Source: a virus
Taxonomy: Duplodnaviria > Heunggongvirae > Uroviricota > Caudoviricetes
Reading direction: 5' to 3' (one strand)
DNA: 19,436 bases
IMG/VR virus record: IMGVR_UViG_2529292972_000014
The position numbers and the translations under genes are program-made. This document shows positions 1 to 6,943 of the stretch, one piece after another. Within the stretch, counting starts at the first letter, position 1. Each line of letters begins with the position of its first letter. Under the pieces are notes generated by a model, which made no database searches, was not told the DNA's origin, and was given only the letters and a program-made list of their open reading frames with translations.

Positions 1-507
1 CTCATTTAAAATTATTTGCATGCAATTTAAAATCATATCTTATTACTAATTGGAATTTGATGTTGCTATATTGAGGTCTATATTAATAATGCCTGTGAAT
101 GGTGTTTTTGATGTATTTGATATGTTATCAATTTATATTATTTACAAACTAATTGTTTCAAATAATACATGGCTGATTATGCGGAAATAAATAATTTCCC
201 ACCGGAATTAAGTAGCAGCGGTGACAAGTATTTTCATCTACGTAACTATTCGGAATATTCAGAATATACTAGCGGTTTTTTTTTGAGTTTGATGATTTTT
301 ATCAAATCATGACTTTTTTCCTGAAAAGTCAGTAGATATTCATAGGCAAGTAAGGTTTTATACTTTGCTGACAGGATTCAGGCCTGTCTCAGACTGACAT
401 GGATGTAATGAACAAAAGGGAATGGCTATGGAAAATGAGCATCAATACAGTGGTGCCCGGTGTTCAGGGCAAGCCGCATATGTTGCTAAACGTCAGGAGT
501 GCGCAAA

Positions 508-900
508 ATGATGCGCCAATCACTTCAGGCTGTTTTACCTGAAATTTCAGGCAATAAAACGTCATTGCTGCGTAAATCGGTATGCAGCGATCTCCTCACT
601 CTTTTTAATTCTCCTCATTCGACATTACCGTCATTACTTGTTTCAGGCATGCCCGAGTGGCAAGTGCATAACCCGAGCGACAAACATCTCCAGAGCTGGT
701 ATTGCCGTCAGCTGCGTTCTGCACTGTTATTTCATGAGCCACGGATTGCGGCGTTGCAGGTTAATTTGAAAGAAGCGTACTGCCACACTCTGGCGATCAG
801 CCTTGAGATAATGCTGTACCACGACGATGAACCGCTAACGTTTGATCTGGTCTGGGATAATGGCGGTTGGCGCAGTGCGACGCTTGAGAATGTCAGCTAA
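508..900 (+). CDS. GPW/gp25-family protein, type VI secretion TssE-like baseplate component (host flank)
   Basis: ORF track 499..900 is called from a GTG; an ATG at 508 sits 9 nt after an aggag RBS. The C-terminal pattern ...[13 protein letters not shown]...[27 protein letters not shown] resembles the EPRL...W C-terminus of TssE/gp25-like proteins as recalled. Size (about 130 aa) fits. Confidence 0.45.
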   Translation: MMRQSLQAVLPEISGNKTSLLRKSVCSDLLTLFNSPHSTLPSLLVSGMPEWQVHNPSDKHLQSWYCRQLRSALLFHEPRIAALQVNLKEAYCHTLAISLEIMLYHDDEPLTFDLVWDNGGWRSATLENVS

Positions 901-1438
901 GCACAATCTCCAGCTCGCGCAGTTCACGCCAGAAGCGTTCGGCAACTGGATTCATGCGGGTATTCATCCGGTATGCGTAGGCCTGAATCGGGATCACCAG
1001 TTCGTCCCGATTCAGCACAACGAGCTGCCCGCTGCGAATTTCTTGTTGGATGGCATACTCCGGCAGCCAGGCAATCCCACAGCCGTCGAGGGCAACCTGC
1101 TTTAAAAGCTCGCTCATCGAAGAGACAAAAAAGGTGCTGAAACTTAACTCACTGTGGCGCGTCAGGGTGCGATTAATCAATCGCCCCATGTAGGAGTTGC
1201 GGCTGTAATTCAGTAACGGAAAGTGTGGCTGCACGAGGTCAAAAAGTGCTTCTCCATGTTCGTCACTGGCGCAGACAGGGAACAATTGAGATTCAAATAA
1301 GCGAATGTGGTCAAACGGCGCTTCCAGCAAATCTTCGTCGTGAAAGGAAAAAATACAGTCACTTTGTCCTTCACGCAGTTTATCGACCGCTTCATCGACA
1401 TCAATGGCTTCAATCGCCCAGGTAAAGAGCGGCGGCAT
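893..1438 (-). pseudogene. LysR-family transcriptional regulator, C-terminal substrate-binding domain only (N-terminal HTH missing; likely disrupted by prophage insertion)
   Basis: The 181-aa ORF has LysR effector-domain features (...GCGIAWLPEYAIQQEIRSGQLVVL...). The frame stays open upstream only to a stop at 1529-1531, and no HTH-encoding sequence exists before the mom gene at 1621. Confidence 0.6.
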
Positions 1439-1511
1439 CTGGCTGATAATGGACGGTAACAGACCGAGGGAAAGAGAGTGTGCAGCGGCTATTATAGCGC
1501 GGCGATTTTTT

Positions 1512-1574
1512 TGATACCGATTTGCATTTCATTTGATACCGCTGAAAAACGCCGATACGCAACTTATTTGATAC
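1512..1574. repeat. Direct repeats of (T)TTGATAC(C) near the prophage terminus; candidate transposase end-binding sites
   Basis: tgatac at 1512-1517, 1534-1539 and 1569-1574, plus cgatac at 1553-1558, spaced about 16-22 bp, directly read from the sequence. Function inferred by analogy to Mu attR R1-R3 sites, though the motif differs from the Mu consensus. Confidence 0.35.
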
Positions 1575-1596
1575 TAAATCGGCGCTTTTCTTTTGA
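1550..1596. terminator. Possible bidirectional terminator downstream of mom (weak)
   Basis: Inverted repeat cgccgat (1550-1556) / atcggcg (1578-1584) with a 21-nt loop, flanked by an A5 run on the left and a T-rich run (cttttcttttgagtttt) on the right. The large loop makes this weak. Confidence 0.3.
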
Positions 1597-1620
1597 GTTT
1601 TAGAATGAGTTTTTAAGCGC

Positions 1621-2358
1621 TCATTCACTCTCTTTCAAACCAGTTTTAACTGTTTGTGGTTTTGGGTAAGGCTGGACTTTGAATAGCTTTGTGTTGAGGC
1701 GTTTTCTGGCCCTCTTGTTCAGAAACCGGATGTAACGAAACTGTCGGAACTTATGAACACTGGCTCTGTCAATATTAGCCCTCAGATGTTCACCTCGTTG
1801 TCCGCCTCGTTTAATGGCATTCCTGCAAATCTCGTGATACCACTCGCCATCAAGTTCATAGAATATTGATTCATGGCTGCCTACATAATCAAAATTGCTT
1901 GCCTGATACACGACACCAAGACAGCCACAACGCTCATCTGCAAACGACTGAACCCACTGTACCTGCGGATAAAGCTGCCTGATTAGCTTGAGCGCGTAAC
2001 TGATTGCCCTTGATTCGGAGTTTCTCGGCATACAGTCATGCAGCCATAGCCGGTTAAGCTCCATATATTCTCGGTTCTGCGTACCCGTTACGACGCGTGC
2101 ACCACTGTTTGGGTTAAGGGCGTAACCCCATTGCATTACGCCAACAAGTTCCCGTTCTGAAAATATGCCCAGATGAAGGTAGGAGTTATTTACGAAACGG
2201 TGGCTGTAATGTTTATTGACGATGACCAGTCTGGCCAGCCAGCAACTTATTGTCTCAACCCGCAACTCACGGGAGCCATAACCAACGATATTGTCGTTAT
2301 AGCGAATAAGTTCAGGCGTGCTGATGATTCGGGATGTGACTTGCTTTCTGTTCCCCAC
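1621..2358 (-). CDS. mom: Mom-family DNA modification protein (adenine modification, anti-restriction)
   Basis: 245-aa ORF immediately downstream of, and overlapping by 47 nt, a Com-like zinc-finger gene; located after the invertase at the prophage terminus exactly as in Mu. GTG start at 2358 with an aaggaa RBS about 9 nt upstream. Identity rests on context and size, not on a remembered sequence alignment. Confidence 0.75.
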   Translation of the reverse strand: MGNRKQVTSRIISTPELIRYNDNIVGYGSRELRVETISCWLARLVIVNKHYSHRFVNNSYLHLGIFSERELVGVMQWGYALNPNSGARVVTGTQNREYMELNRLWLHDCMPRNSESRAISYALKLIRQLYPQVQWVQSFADERCGCLGVVYQASNFDYVGSHESIFYELDGEWYHEICRNAIKRGGQRGEHLRANIDRASVHKFRQFRYIRFLNKRARKRLNTKLFKVQPYPKPQTVKTGLKESE

Positions 2359-2512
2359 GACAGGATTTCCTTGTGTATGTGGGGTGCTCTGTGGCGCTCG
2401 GAGATGTGATTTGATTGAGGGTTTTACAGCGCGGACATTTTACTTCCAGATAACTGAAACTGGCCCGTGCCAGTAGCTTATTGCAGTGTCGGCACCGTAT
2501 GTTTCGATACAT
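2312..2512 (-). CDS. com: Com-like zinc-finger translational activator of mom
   Basis: [18 protein letters not shown]...[10 protein letters not shown]...EHPT closely parallels the Mu Com pattern (IRCKNCNKLL...IRCPRCK...EHPT) as recalled. ATG at 2512 is preceded by an aggagg RBS; the ORF track's longer 2557 start is a TTG. Confidence 0.8.
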   Translation of the reverse strand: MYRNIRCRHCNKLLARASFSYLEVKCPRCKTLNQITSPSATEHPTYTRKSCRGEQKASHIPNHQHA

Positions 2513-2555
2513 GACCGCATAACCTCCTGCTTTGTTGTTGATGCCTTTCTCATGC

Positions 2556-2698
2556 AATCGATCGACAAAAACGATCGATTCGATTTGTTTAATTGATACA
2601 ACAAATAGATTGAAAAGTCATCAACAATGATTCAGGGAGGTGATTATTTACTTAAAGAAAACGAAGAGTTAGGTGGTGAAAACGATCATAAAATGATC
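2556..2698. promoter_or_regulatory. GATC-rich palindromic region upstream of com-mom (candidate Dam-methylation-sensitive promoter/operator region)
   Basis: Perfect 9-bp inverted repeat aatcgatcg(2556-2564)/cgatcgatt(2572-2580) carrying GATC at 2560-2563 and 2573-2576. Second palindrome gatcat aaa atgatc (2684-2698) carrying GATC at 2684-2687 and 2695-2698. Mu mom is known to be controlled through clustered upstream GATC sites. Confidence 0.4.
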
Positions 2699-2784
2699 AT
2701 TTTATTGACTTTTTATACAGTGAAGGTAGGATCACGCGTATATGTAGTATGTTTCAAATCAACAGGATACTACATAAAAGTGAA

Positions 2785-2812
2785 ACCCAGCATAGCTGGA
2801 ACTATGCTGGGT
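2785..2812. repeat. Perfect 11-bp inverted repeat (acccagcatag ctggaa ctatgctgggt); stem-loop or dimeric protein-binding site
   Basis: Read directly from the sequence. On the minus strand it is followed by a U-rich stretch (ttcacttttatg), so it could terminate or insulate minus-strand read-through into com-mom. Confidence 0.5.
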
Positions 2813-2923
2813 CAATCTGTAAAAACTTGCATCAATGCTTTACTTCGAGCTCGTGGCGTATCCTATGATATTCCCCGGTCTCCTGTAAAGCAGAGATGCA
2901 TAAAAAGGAGATCTTTATCATGG

Positions 2924-3091
2924 ATGAAAGAGCCTGTTTGCCCTGCCTGTAAGACTCCCTTACAGCTCATCTATCGCCGTTCTCGATCTCAAAATGGCAA
3001 GACATACAAACCCAAAAATGCTTCCTGTTTCAGGATGCTGATATGTCCTGCCTGTTCTCCCAGGAGGGAAAATACACAAAACGTGCATTAA
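2924..3091 (+). CDS. Small zinc-ribbon protein (CPAC...29 aa...CPAC), divergent from com-mom; N-terminal extent uncertain (ORF open from 2627)
   Basis: Two CxxC pairs (MKEPVCPACKTPLQLIYRRSRSQNGKTYKPKNASCFRMLICPAC). aaggag RBS at 2905-2910. Ends in a convergent arrangement with the minus-strand 81-aa ORF across a GC-rich hairpin. Plus-strand position among minus-strand genes makes it less certain. Confidence 0.35.
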   Translation: MKEPVCPACKTPLQLIYRRSRSQNGKTYKPKNASCFRMLICPACSPRRENTQNVH

Positions 3092-3100
3092 CAAACTCAC

Positions 3101-3120
3101 CCGGCAGGGAAACCTGCCGG
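3101..3120. terminator. GC-rich hairpin with GAAA tetraloop between convergent ORFs (candidate bidirectional terminator)
   Basis: ccggcagg gaaa cctgccgg, an 8-bp perfect stem. Lies between the stop of the plus-strand ORF (3091) and the stop of the minus-strand 81-aa ORF (3130). U-rich flanks are imperfect on both strands. Confidence 0.45.
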
Positions 3121-3129
3121 TCGGTATTG

Positions 3130-3375
3130 TTACATCATAGTACCGTCAGTTCCGGGCTGAACCGGCTCTGGTTGCTCTACGGGTTGAGGATCATTTTCCG
3201 TGCTGTTTTCAGCCGGAGAACGGCCAACCATTCGGGCCAGCACTTCATCAACATATGCGTCGATTTGTGCCTCAAAATCCTTGCGAACCTGCGCCTTCAG
3301 CACGCGGTTCACTTCTTCAGAATAAAGTGCCTGTTTGACAAGCTCTTCAGTAACCGTGCCTTTAATCTCTGGCAT
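3130..3375 (-). CDS. Hypothetical 81-aa acidic, Pro/Glu-rich C-terminus protein
   Basis: Strong aaggag RBS 7 nt upstream of the ATG at 3375. Followed by the hairpin at 3101-3120. No family recognised. Confidence 0.5.
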   Translation of the reverse strand: MPEIKGTVTEELVKQALYSEEVNRVLKAQVRKDFEAQIDAYVDEVLARMVGRSPAENSTENDPQPVEQPEPVQPGTDGTMM

Positions 3376-3410
3376 GAATATTCTCCTTTTGCAGGTATAT
3401 TGCCCCGTTA

Positions 3411-3593
3411 TCAGAGCGGGGTCGGGTCGTTTGGGGATGACGGTGCCTGTGCTGTTTTACTGAGTTTTTCAGCTGCCGCATCATCAATTTTACGGCGAAT
3501 ATAATTTCTGATGACCTTATAACCACCGCTCACCAGATATAACGCACTGACCACAGCGCAGAAATAAAGCAGCATTGTATGAACGAATGTCAT
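3411..3593 (-). CDS. Hypothetical 60-aa small membrane protein (single N-terminal TM helix, charged C-terminus)
   Basis: Hydrophobic stretch MLLYFCAVVSALYLVSGGY followed by a basic/acidic tail. Plausible RBS (aaggtaagg) upstream of the ATG at 3593. No family recognised. Confidence 0.4.
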   Translation of the reverse strand: MTFVHTMLLYFCAVVSALYLVSGGYKVIRNYIRRKIDDAAAEKLSKTAQAPSSPNDPTPL

Positions 3594-3661
3594 ATAACCT
3601 TACCTTTGATATTGACTACATAATTCGTTATCGGGTAAAAACATCGAAGCGACTGATAACC

Positions 3662-3686
3662 ACTCCTTCGGGAGTATTTTTATTTT
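3662..3686 (+). terminator. Intrinsic-terminator-like hairpin on the plus strand (actcc-UUCG-ggagt followed by atttttatttt)
   Basis: 5-bp stem with a UUCG tetraloop and a T-rich tail, read directly. Oriented opposite to all neighbouring genes. Confidence 0.35.
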
Positions 3687-3705
3687 CCTTTATGGGTTAG
3701 GTAGC

Positions 3706-3742
3706 TCCCGCCAGCCATATCATGACCGGCGGGATTTTTTTA
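3706..3742 (+). terminator. Intrinsic-terminator-like hairpin on the plus strand (cccgcc...ggcggg followed by T7)
   Basis: GC-rich stem cccgcc(3707-3712)/ggcggg(3728-3733) followed by attttttta. Overlaps the stop codon of the minus-strand 679-aa gene. Confidence 0.4.
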
Positions 3743-5779
3743 TTCTGTTACCGCTTTTTTCACTTCCACCACAATGCTGTCAATCAGCACCGGGTAAGTT
3801 GCATTTTTTGTGATATCCGTTACGCGGAGTTTGTCCACCGGGAAAGTTCCTACTGGTGACTGCGTCAGGGTAAACGCGGCACCATCCTGACCATCAATAA
3901 CCGGAATAACCTGAAGGCTGTTATTTCCTGCAAAACGGAAGGCCAGCGTATGCCATTCATTATCAAATGCACCAAAGGTTCCCAGTTTCTGGTTATTTGT
4001 TGCCACTTTTGCATTGTGGTACATCACATTCAGGTCTTTTGCGTCTGTCTGGATGTAGAACGATGCCAGCAGATTATTCCCTGCATCCCCTGTCAGGGTG
4101 ACACCCTGCGGCAGAGAGGAAACCGGCCAGTAAAGCCCCATGACATACTGGTTTGCCACCAGGTCGCCAGGTACTTTAAAACGACAACTGATTAAACCAC
4201 CATTTTTCAGCAGTTCAGCACCAGTACCGGCATCATGATCCAGATACCAAGATGATTTACCTGTTTCCTTGGTCAGTTTCATTGCCTTACCACCTGTGCC
4301 TCCTGCATCACTGATAATTTCAGCTTTACCGCCAGCCGGCTCCCAGCCCTGGGCTTTCAGATTTCCTTCTGACTCACTGACACGATAAGACAGCAGTGTT
4401 GTGGTTACTGCTTCAGTTTCTGAAGGTGACGGCACTGGTGCTTCAGTTTCAGAAGATGGAACATCGGCTTTTACTGTGGTTCGCCCCGCATGAGTCAGAA
4501 CTGCCGTGGCCAGACGGTCGGAAATAATCCCACGACGTGCCCATGAACTGAAATGGCTGGCCCGGTCCGCAGATGTCCAGGTGGCGGCACTGTTACGCCA
4601 CGTTGAGCCGTAATAACCAATGGATTCAATATCCGGGTCTTCTGCCGGATTGTTGGTGGGTACATTCGCGTCATTTTCATCTGTCATTAATGGAACGAAA
4701 TGAATGTTTTTATCTGTTTTGTTTTTGTAGCCGCCATAGATTGCCTGGTATGCCGGTTCATTTTTCTGTTTCCAGAAATACGTGGTATCGCCACAAATCC
4801 ACGGAACGCCAGCAGCACTGCCACCGGTACACTGTTCCGCCTGTTCAGCCAGGTCTGCGCGGAATTTTTCCACCATCGCCAGAAACAGCGCGGAATGCTC
4901 CGTCGGCTTCGCATCAATATCAAACTCGCCCTGCATCCACACCACAGCAAGCAGGCGGTTTTTCGGGTTCTTCGCCAGTGCCGCTTTTGTCCGGCTGATT
5001 AAGTCCTTATACAGCGGCTTATCCACACCCCAGCGGGCTGAGTCCTCTGAAGCACCCGTGCTGTCACTGTACGTGCCGTCAGCACCCGCCGTGAATGCAG
5101 AACCACCACGGCAGCAGGGAACCAGCAGAATCCCCGCATCTGCCGGAATAAACGGCAGCAGTTTTTTGGCAATGTGAAGCCCCTGACCCACGGTGCCATA
5201 TTGCCCTTTAGCCACATCCGCTTTCGGGTGATTTTTTCCACTCATATCCTGCACATCATGCAGACAGTGGTCGGCCAGAATGATGTCGTTATACTGACAG
5301 GCTTTACCTCCCGGCGTGACTGTACTGCGACGGGCTAACTGCATAATACGCGGTTCGGGGCGGTCATATGTCTCCGGCAGTGGCAGACCTTCACCGTAAG
5401 CCATACCGTTTGACTGACCAGCAAGAACCACCACGTAATACCAGGAAGGGGAGCTGGAAGCAGTTTCATTTCCTGACGGACGGGTATGTGTTTCAGCATT
5501 ATCCCAGTCTGACGGTTCAGCAGTACCGGCAACATCAGCACTTAACGGAATGACCGCACCAATACCCGCTCCGGTAATTTCCACACTCGGATCACCGGAT
5601 ACTGGCCTTACCCACAGGCAATCCCGTGTATTAAAACTGATGAGACAGTCAGCAAATGTCATTCCTCCTTTTGTTTCGGCCGGAGGAAAGGGAGCCTCAA
5701 GAAATGCCGCTGTACCACCGGAAACTTTAACAGTAAAGTTTCCGGGCATTGATGATAGTTGAACCCATTTGGACGTCAT
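3740..5779 (-). CDS. SGNH/SASA-family carbohydrate esterase (sialate O-acetylesterase NanS-p-like) with C-terminal lectin/LamG-like beta-rich domain; phage accessory (moron) gene
   Basis: 679-aa ORF. Motifs YYVVVLAGQSNGMAYGEG (GQSN catalytic-Ser block), VVWMQGEFD (WxQGE block) and a later His-containing block are consistent with sialate O-acetylesterase-type SGNH hydrolases. C-terminal roughly 250 aa is beta-rich and lectin-like. Linker contains a duplicated SETEAPVPSPSETEA segment (direct repeat gcttcagtttc[t/a]gaag about 4410-4456). Confidence 0.65.
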   Translation of the reverse strand: MTSKWVQLSSMPGNFTVKVSGGTAAFLEAPFPPAETKGGMTFADCLISFNTRDCLWVRPVSGDPSVEITGAGIGAVIPLSADVAGTAEPSDWDNAETHTRPSGNETASSSPSWYYVVVLAGQSNGMAYGEGLPLPETYDRPEPRIMQLARRSTVTPGGKACQYNDIILADHCLHDVQDMSGKNHPKADVAKGQYGTVGQGLHIAKKLLPFIPADAGILLVPCCRGGSAFTAGADGTYSDSTGASEDSARWGVDKPLYKDLISRTKAALAKNPKNRLLAVVWMQGEFDIDAKPTEHSALFLAMVEKFRADLAEQAEQCTGGSAAGVPWICGDTTYFWKQKNEPAYQAIYGGYKNKTDKNIHFVPLMTDENDANVPTNNPAEDPDIESIGYYGSTWRNSAATWTSADRASHFSSWARRGIISDRLATAVLTHAGRTTVKADVPSSETEAPVPSPSETEAVTTTLLSYRVSESEGNLKAQGWEPAGGKAEIISDAGGTGGKAMKLTKETGKSSWYLDHDAGTGAELLKNGGLISCRFKVPGDLVANQYVMGLYWPVSSLPQGVTLTGDAGNNLLASFYIQTDAKDLNVMYHNAKVATNNQKLGTFGAFDNEWHTLAFRFAGNNSLQVIPVIDGQDGAAFTLTQSPVGTFPVDKLRVTDITKNATYPVLIDSIVVEVKKAVTE

Positions 5780-5878
5780 AATAATCAGCCTGTTCCTGAA
5801 TAAACTGAATTATCATATCCACAGACCGATAAACGCCATTTTGCGTTAATTCAGTAAAGGCCCAACAAAGGGAGCGTC

Positions 5879-6439
5879 TTATTTTTCCGAAACGCTCGCA
5901 GGATAATAACGATAAAGGGTTGAAAGGCCGATATCAAAAATAAGTGCCACCTGTCTTCGACTGACACCCCCGGCCAGTAAACGCCCGACCTGCTCGTATT
6001 GTTCCTGCGTGAGACGACGGGGTCTGCCGCCGGTTCGTCCCCTTTCACGGGCAGCTGCAAGACCAGCCCGTGTCCGTTCGACAATTAATTCACGCTCCAT
6101 TTCTGCCAGCGCACCCATTATGTGAAAAAAGAAGCGCCCCATGGGGGTTGACGTATCAATGTTGTCAGTAAGACTACGAAAATTTATCCCCTGTTGCTGT
6201 AATTCATCTGTCAGCGCAACAAGGTGGCGCATACTGCGCCCCAGCCTGTCCAGTTTCCAGACCATCAGTGTGTCACCGGGTTTTAGTTTCTTCAGTGCCC
6301 GCTTCAGTCCCGGCCGCTGTGTCGTTTTACCACTCATTTTATCTTCAAAAATCTGCTCACATCCTGCACATTCCAGCGCATTTCTTTGTAAACCTGTGTT
6401 CTGGTCATTTGTTGATACGCGTATATAGCCAATCAGCAT
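5879..6439 (-). CDS. gin: Serine DNA invertase, Gin/Pin/Cin/Hin family
   Basis: MLIGYIRVSTNDQNTGLQRNAL...WKLDRLGRSMRHL...GRFFFHIMGALAEMERELIVERT... is the canonical resolvase/invertase catalytic domain with a C-terminal HTH. Adjacent to a gix-like crossover site and the invertible fibre segment. Symbol gin chosen from Mu-like context; pin is equally possible. Confidence 0.93.
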   Translation of the reverse strand: MLIGYIRVSTNDQNTGLQRNALECAGCEQIFEDKMSGKTTQRPGLKRALKKLKPGDTLMVWKLDRLGRSMRHLVALTDELQQQGINFRSLTDNIDTSTPMGRFFFHIMGALAEMERELIVERTRAGLAAARERGRTGGRPRRLTQEQYEQVGRLLAGGVSRRQVALIFDIGLSTLYRYYPASVSEK

Positions 6440-6493
6440 GTATTTACCTTCCTTAAAAAGAGGTGGAAAGGCCTTTTAAAGCAGATATACGGC

Positions 6494-6519
6494 ATCCCTG
6501 AAACCTCGGTTTACGGGAT
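6494..6519. other. Invertase crossover site (gix/pix-like), left
   Basis: atccctgaaacc tc ggtttacgggat: two 12-bp half-sites in inverted orientation around a 2-bp core, resembling the gix half-site TTCCTGTAAACC as recalled. Confidence 0.7.
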
Positions 6520-6864
6520 ACTGTAAACAGGGCCGCGAATGCCCTGCCATCGAACGGAGCGGCTGTTGCAGCGAATAAACTCGCCACTCCAAGAAATATT
6601 AATGGTGTCCCATTTGACGGAACGCAGGATATAAATATTACATCGGGGATGACGCAGTCTGTGGCTGACTCACGTTATGTTCAAAGCATTCGAAGAGGTT
6701 CAAGGTCAACGATTGGAATGCAATATAATATTTTTGAGGTTCCTGACGGATGCGTACTTACAGGGCTTGATGTCGCTGGTGATGGTAATGCAACGGTAAC
6801 CGCATATTATCGACCTGTTCAGTTTCTGATAGATGGTTCGTGGAAAACAGCTTCCAGCGCATAA
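6508..6864 (+). CDS. Alternative (currently silent) tail-fibre C-terminal segment; no own start codon, expressed only after inversion fuses it to the constant fibre N-terminus
   Basis: Frame open from the crossover site; translates GLRDTVNRAANALPSNGGAVAANKLATPRNINGVPFDGTQDINITSGM...TAYYRPVQFLIDGSWKTASSA, paralogous to residues 178-303 of the expressed fibre. Confidence 0.6.
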   Translation, partial: GLRDTVNRAANALPSNGAAVAANKLATPRNINGVPFDGTQDINITSGMTQSVADSRYVQSIRRGSRSTIGMQYNIFEVPDGCVLTGLDVAGDGNATVTAYYRPVQFLIDGSWKTASSA

Positions 6865-6943
6865 AAGTGCAGTAGTTCAAAAAACAGATTATCTGAATAA
6901 ATATATGATGATTTTGTCTTTTCAACAAAAACAAGGTGAAATA

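Noticed and set aside
842-1628. ORFs 842..1105(+), 1210..1413(-), 1225..1425(+), 1410..1628(-) around the LysR fragment
   Set aside because: They overlap the LysR effector-domain frame or the mom 3' end; none encodes a recognisable LysR HTH, so they do not rescue the regulator.
2173-2409. 78-aa plus-strand ORF inside mom
   Set aside because: Antisense to the com-mom overlap region; no RBS or support.
3043-3504. 153-aa plus-strand ORF spanning the two small minus-strand ORFs
   Set aside because: Crosses the bidirectional hairpin and two independent minus-strand ORFs that have good RBSs; no RBS of its own; composition looks random.
3594-3660. TTGACT hexamer at 3612-3617 as the -35 of a plus-strand promoter driving a small RNA
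   Set aside because: No acceptable -10 element at 16-19 bp spacing (only gtaaaa or taaaaa); kept only as a weak hypothesis in the findings.
3950-5762. Several overlapping ORFs (both strands) inside the 679-aa esterase gene
   Set aside because: All are nested within one long uninterrupted ORF that carries recognisable esterase motifs; treated as frame artefacts.
3740-5779. Considered the 679-aa protein as a tailspike, or as an e14-type McrA restriction endonuclease (the gene that follows pin in e14)
   Set aside because: It lies beyond the invertase, outside the late tail operon, and carries SGNH esterase-type motifs rather than HNH nuclease motifs. A virion-associated role cannot be fully excluded.
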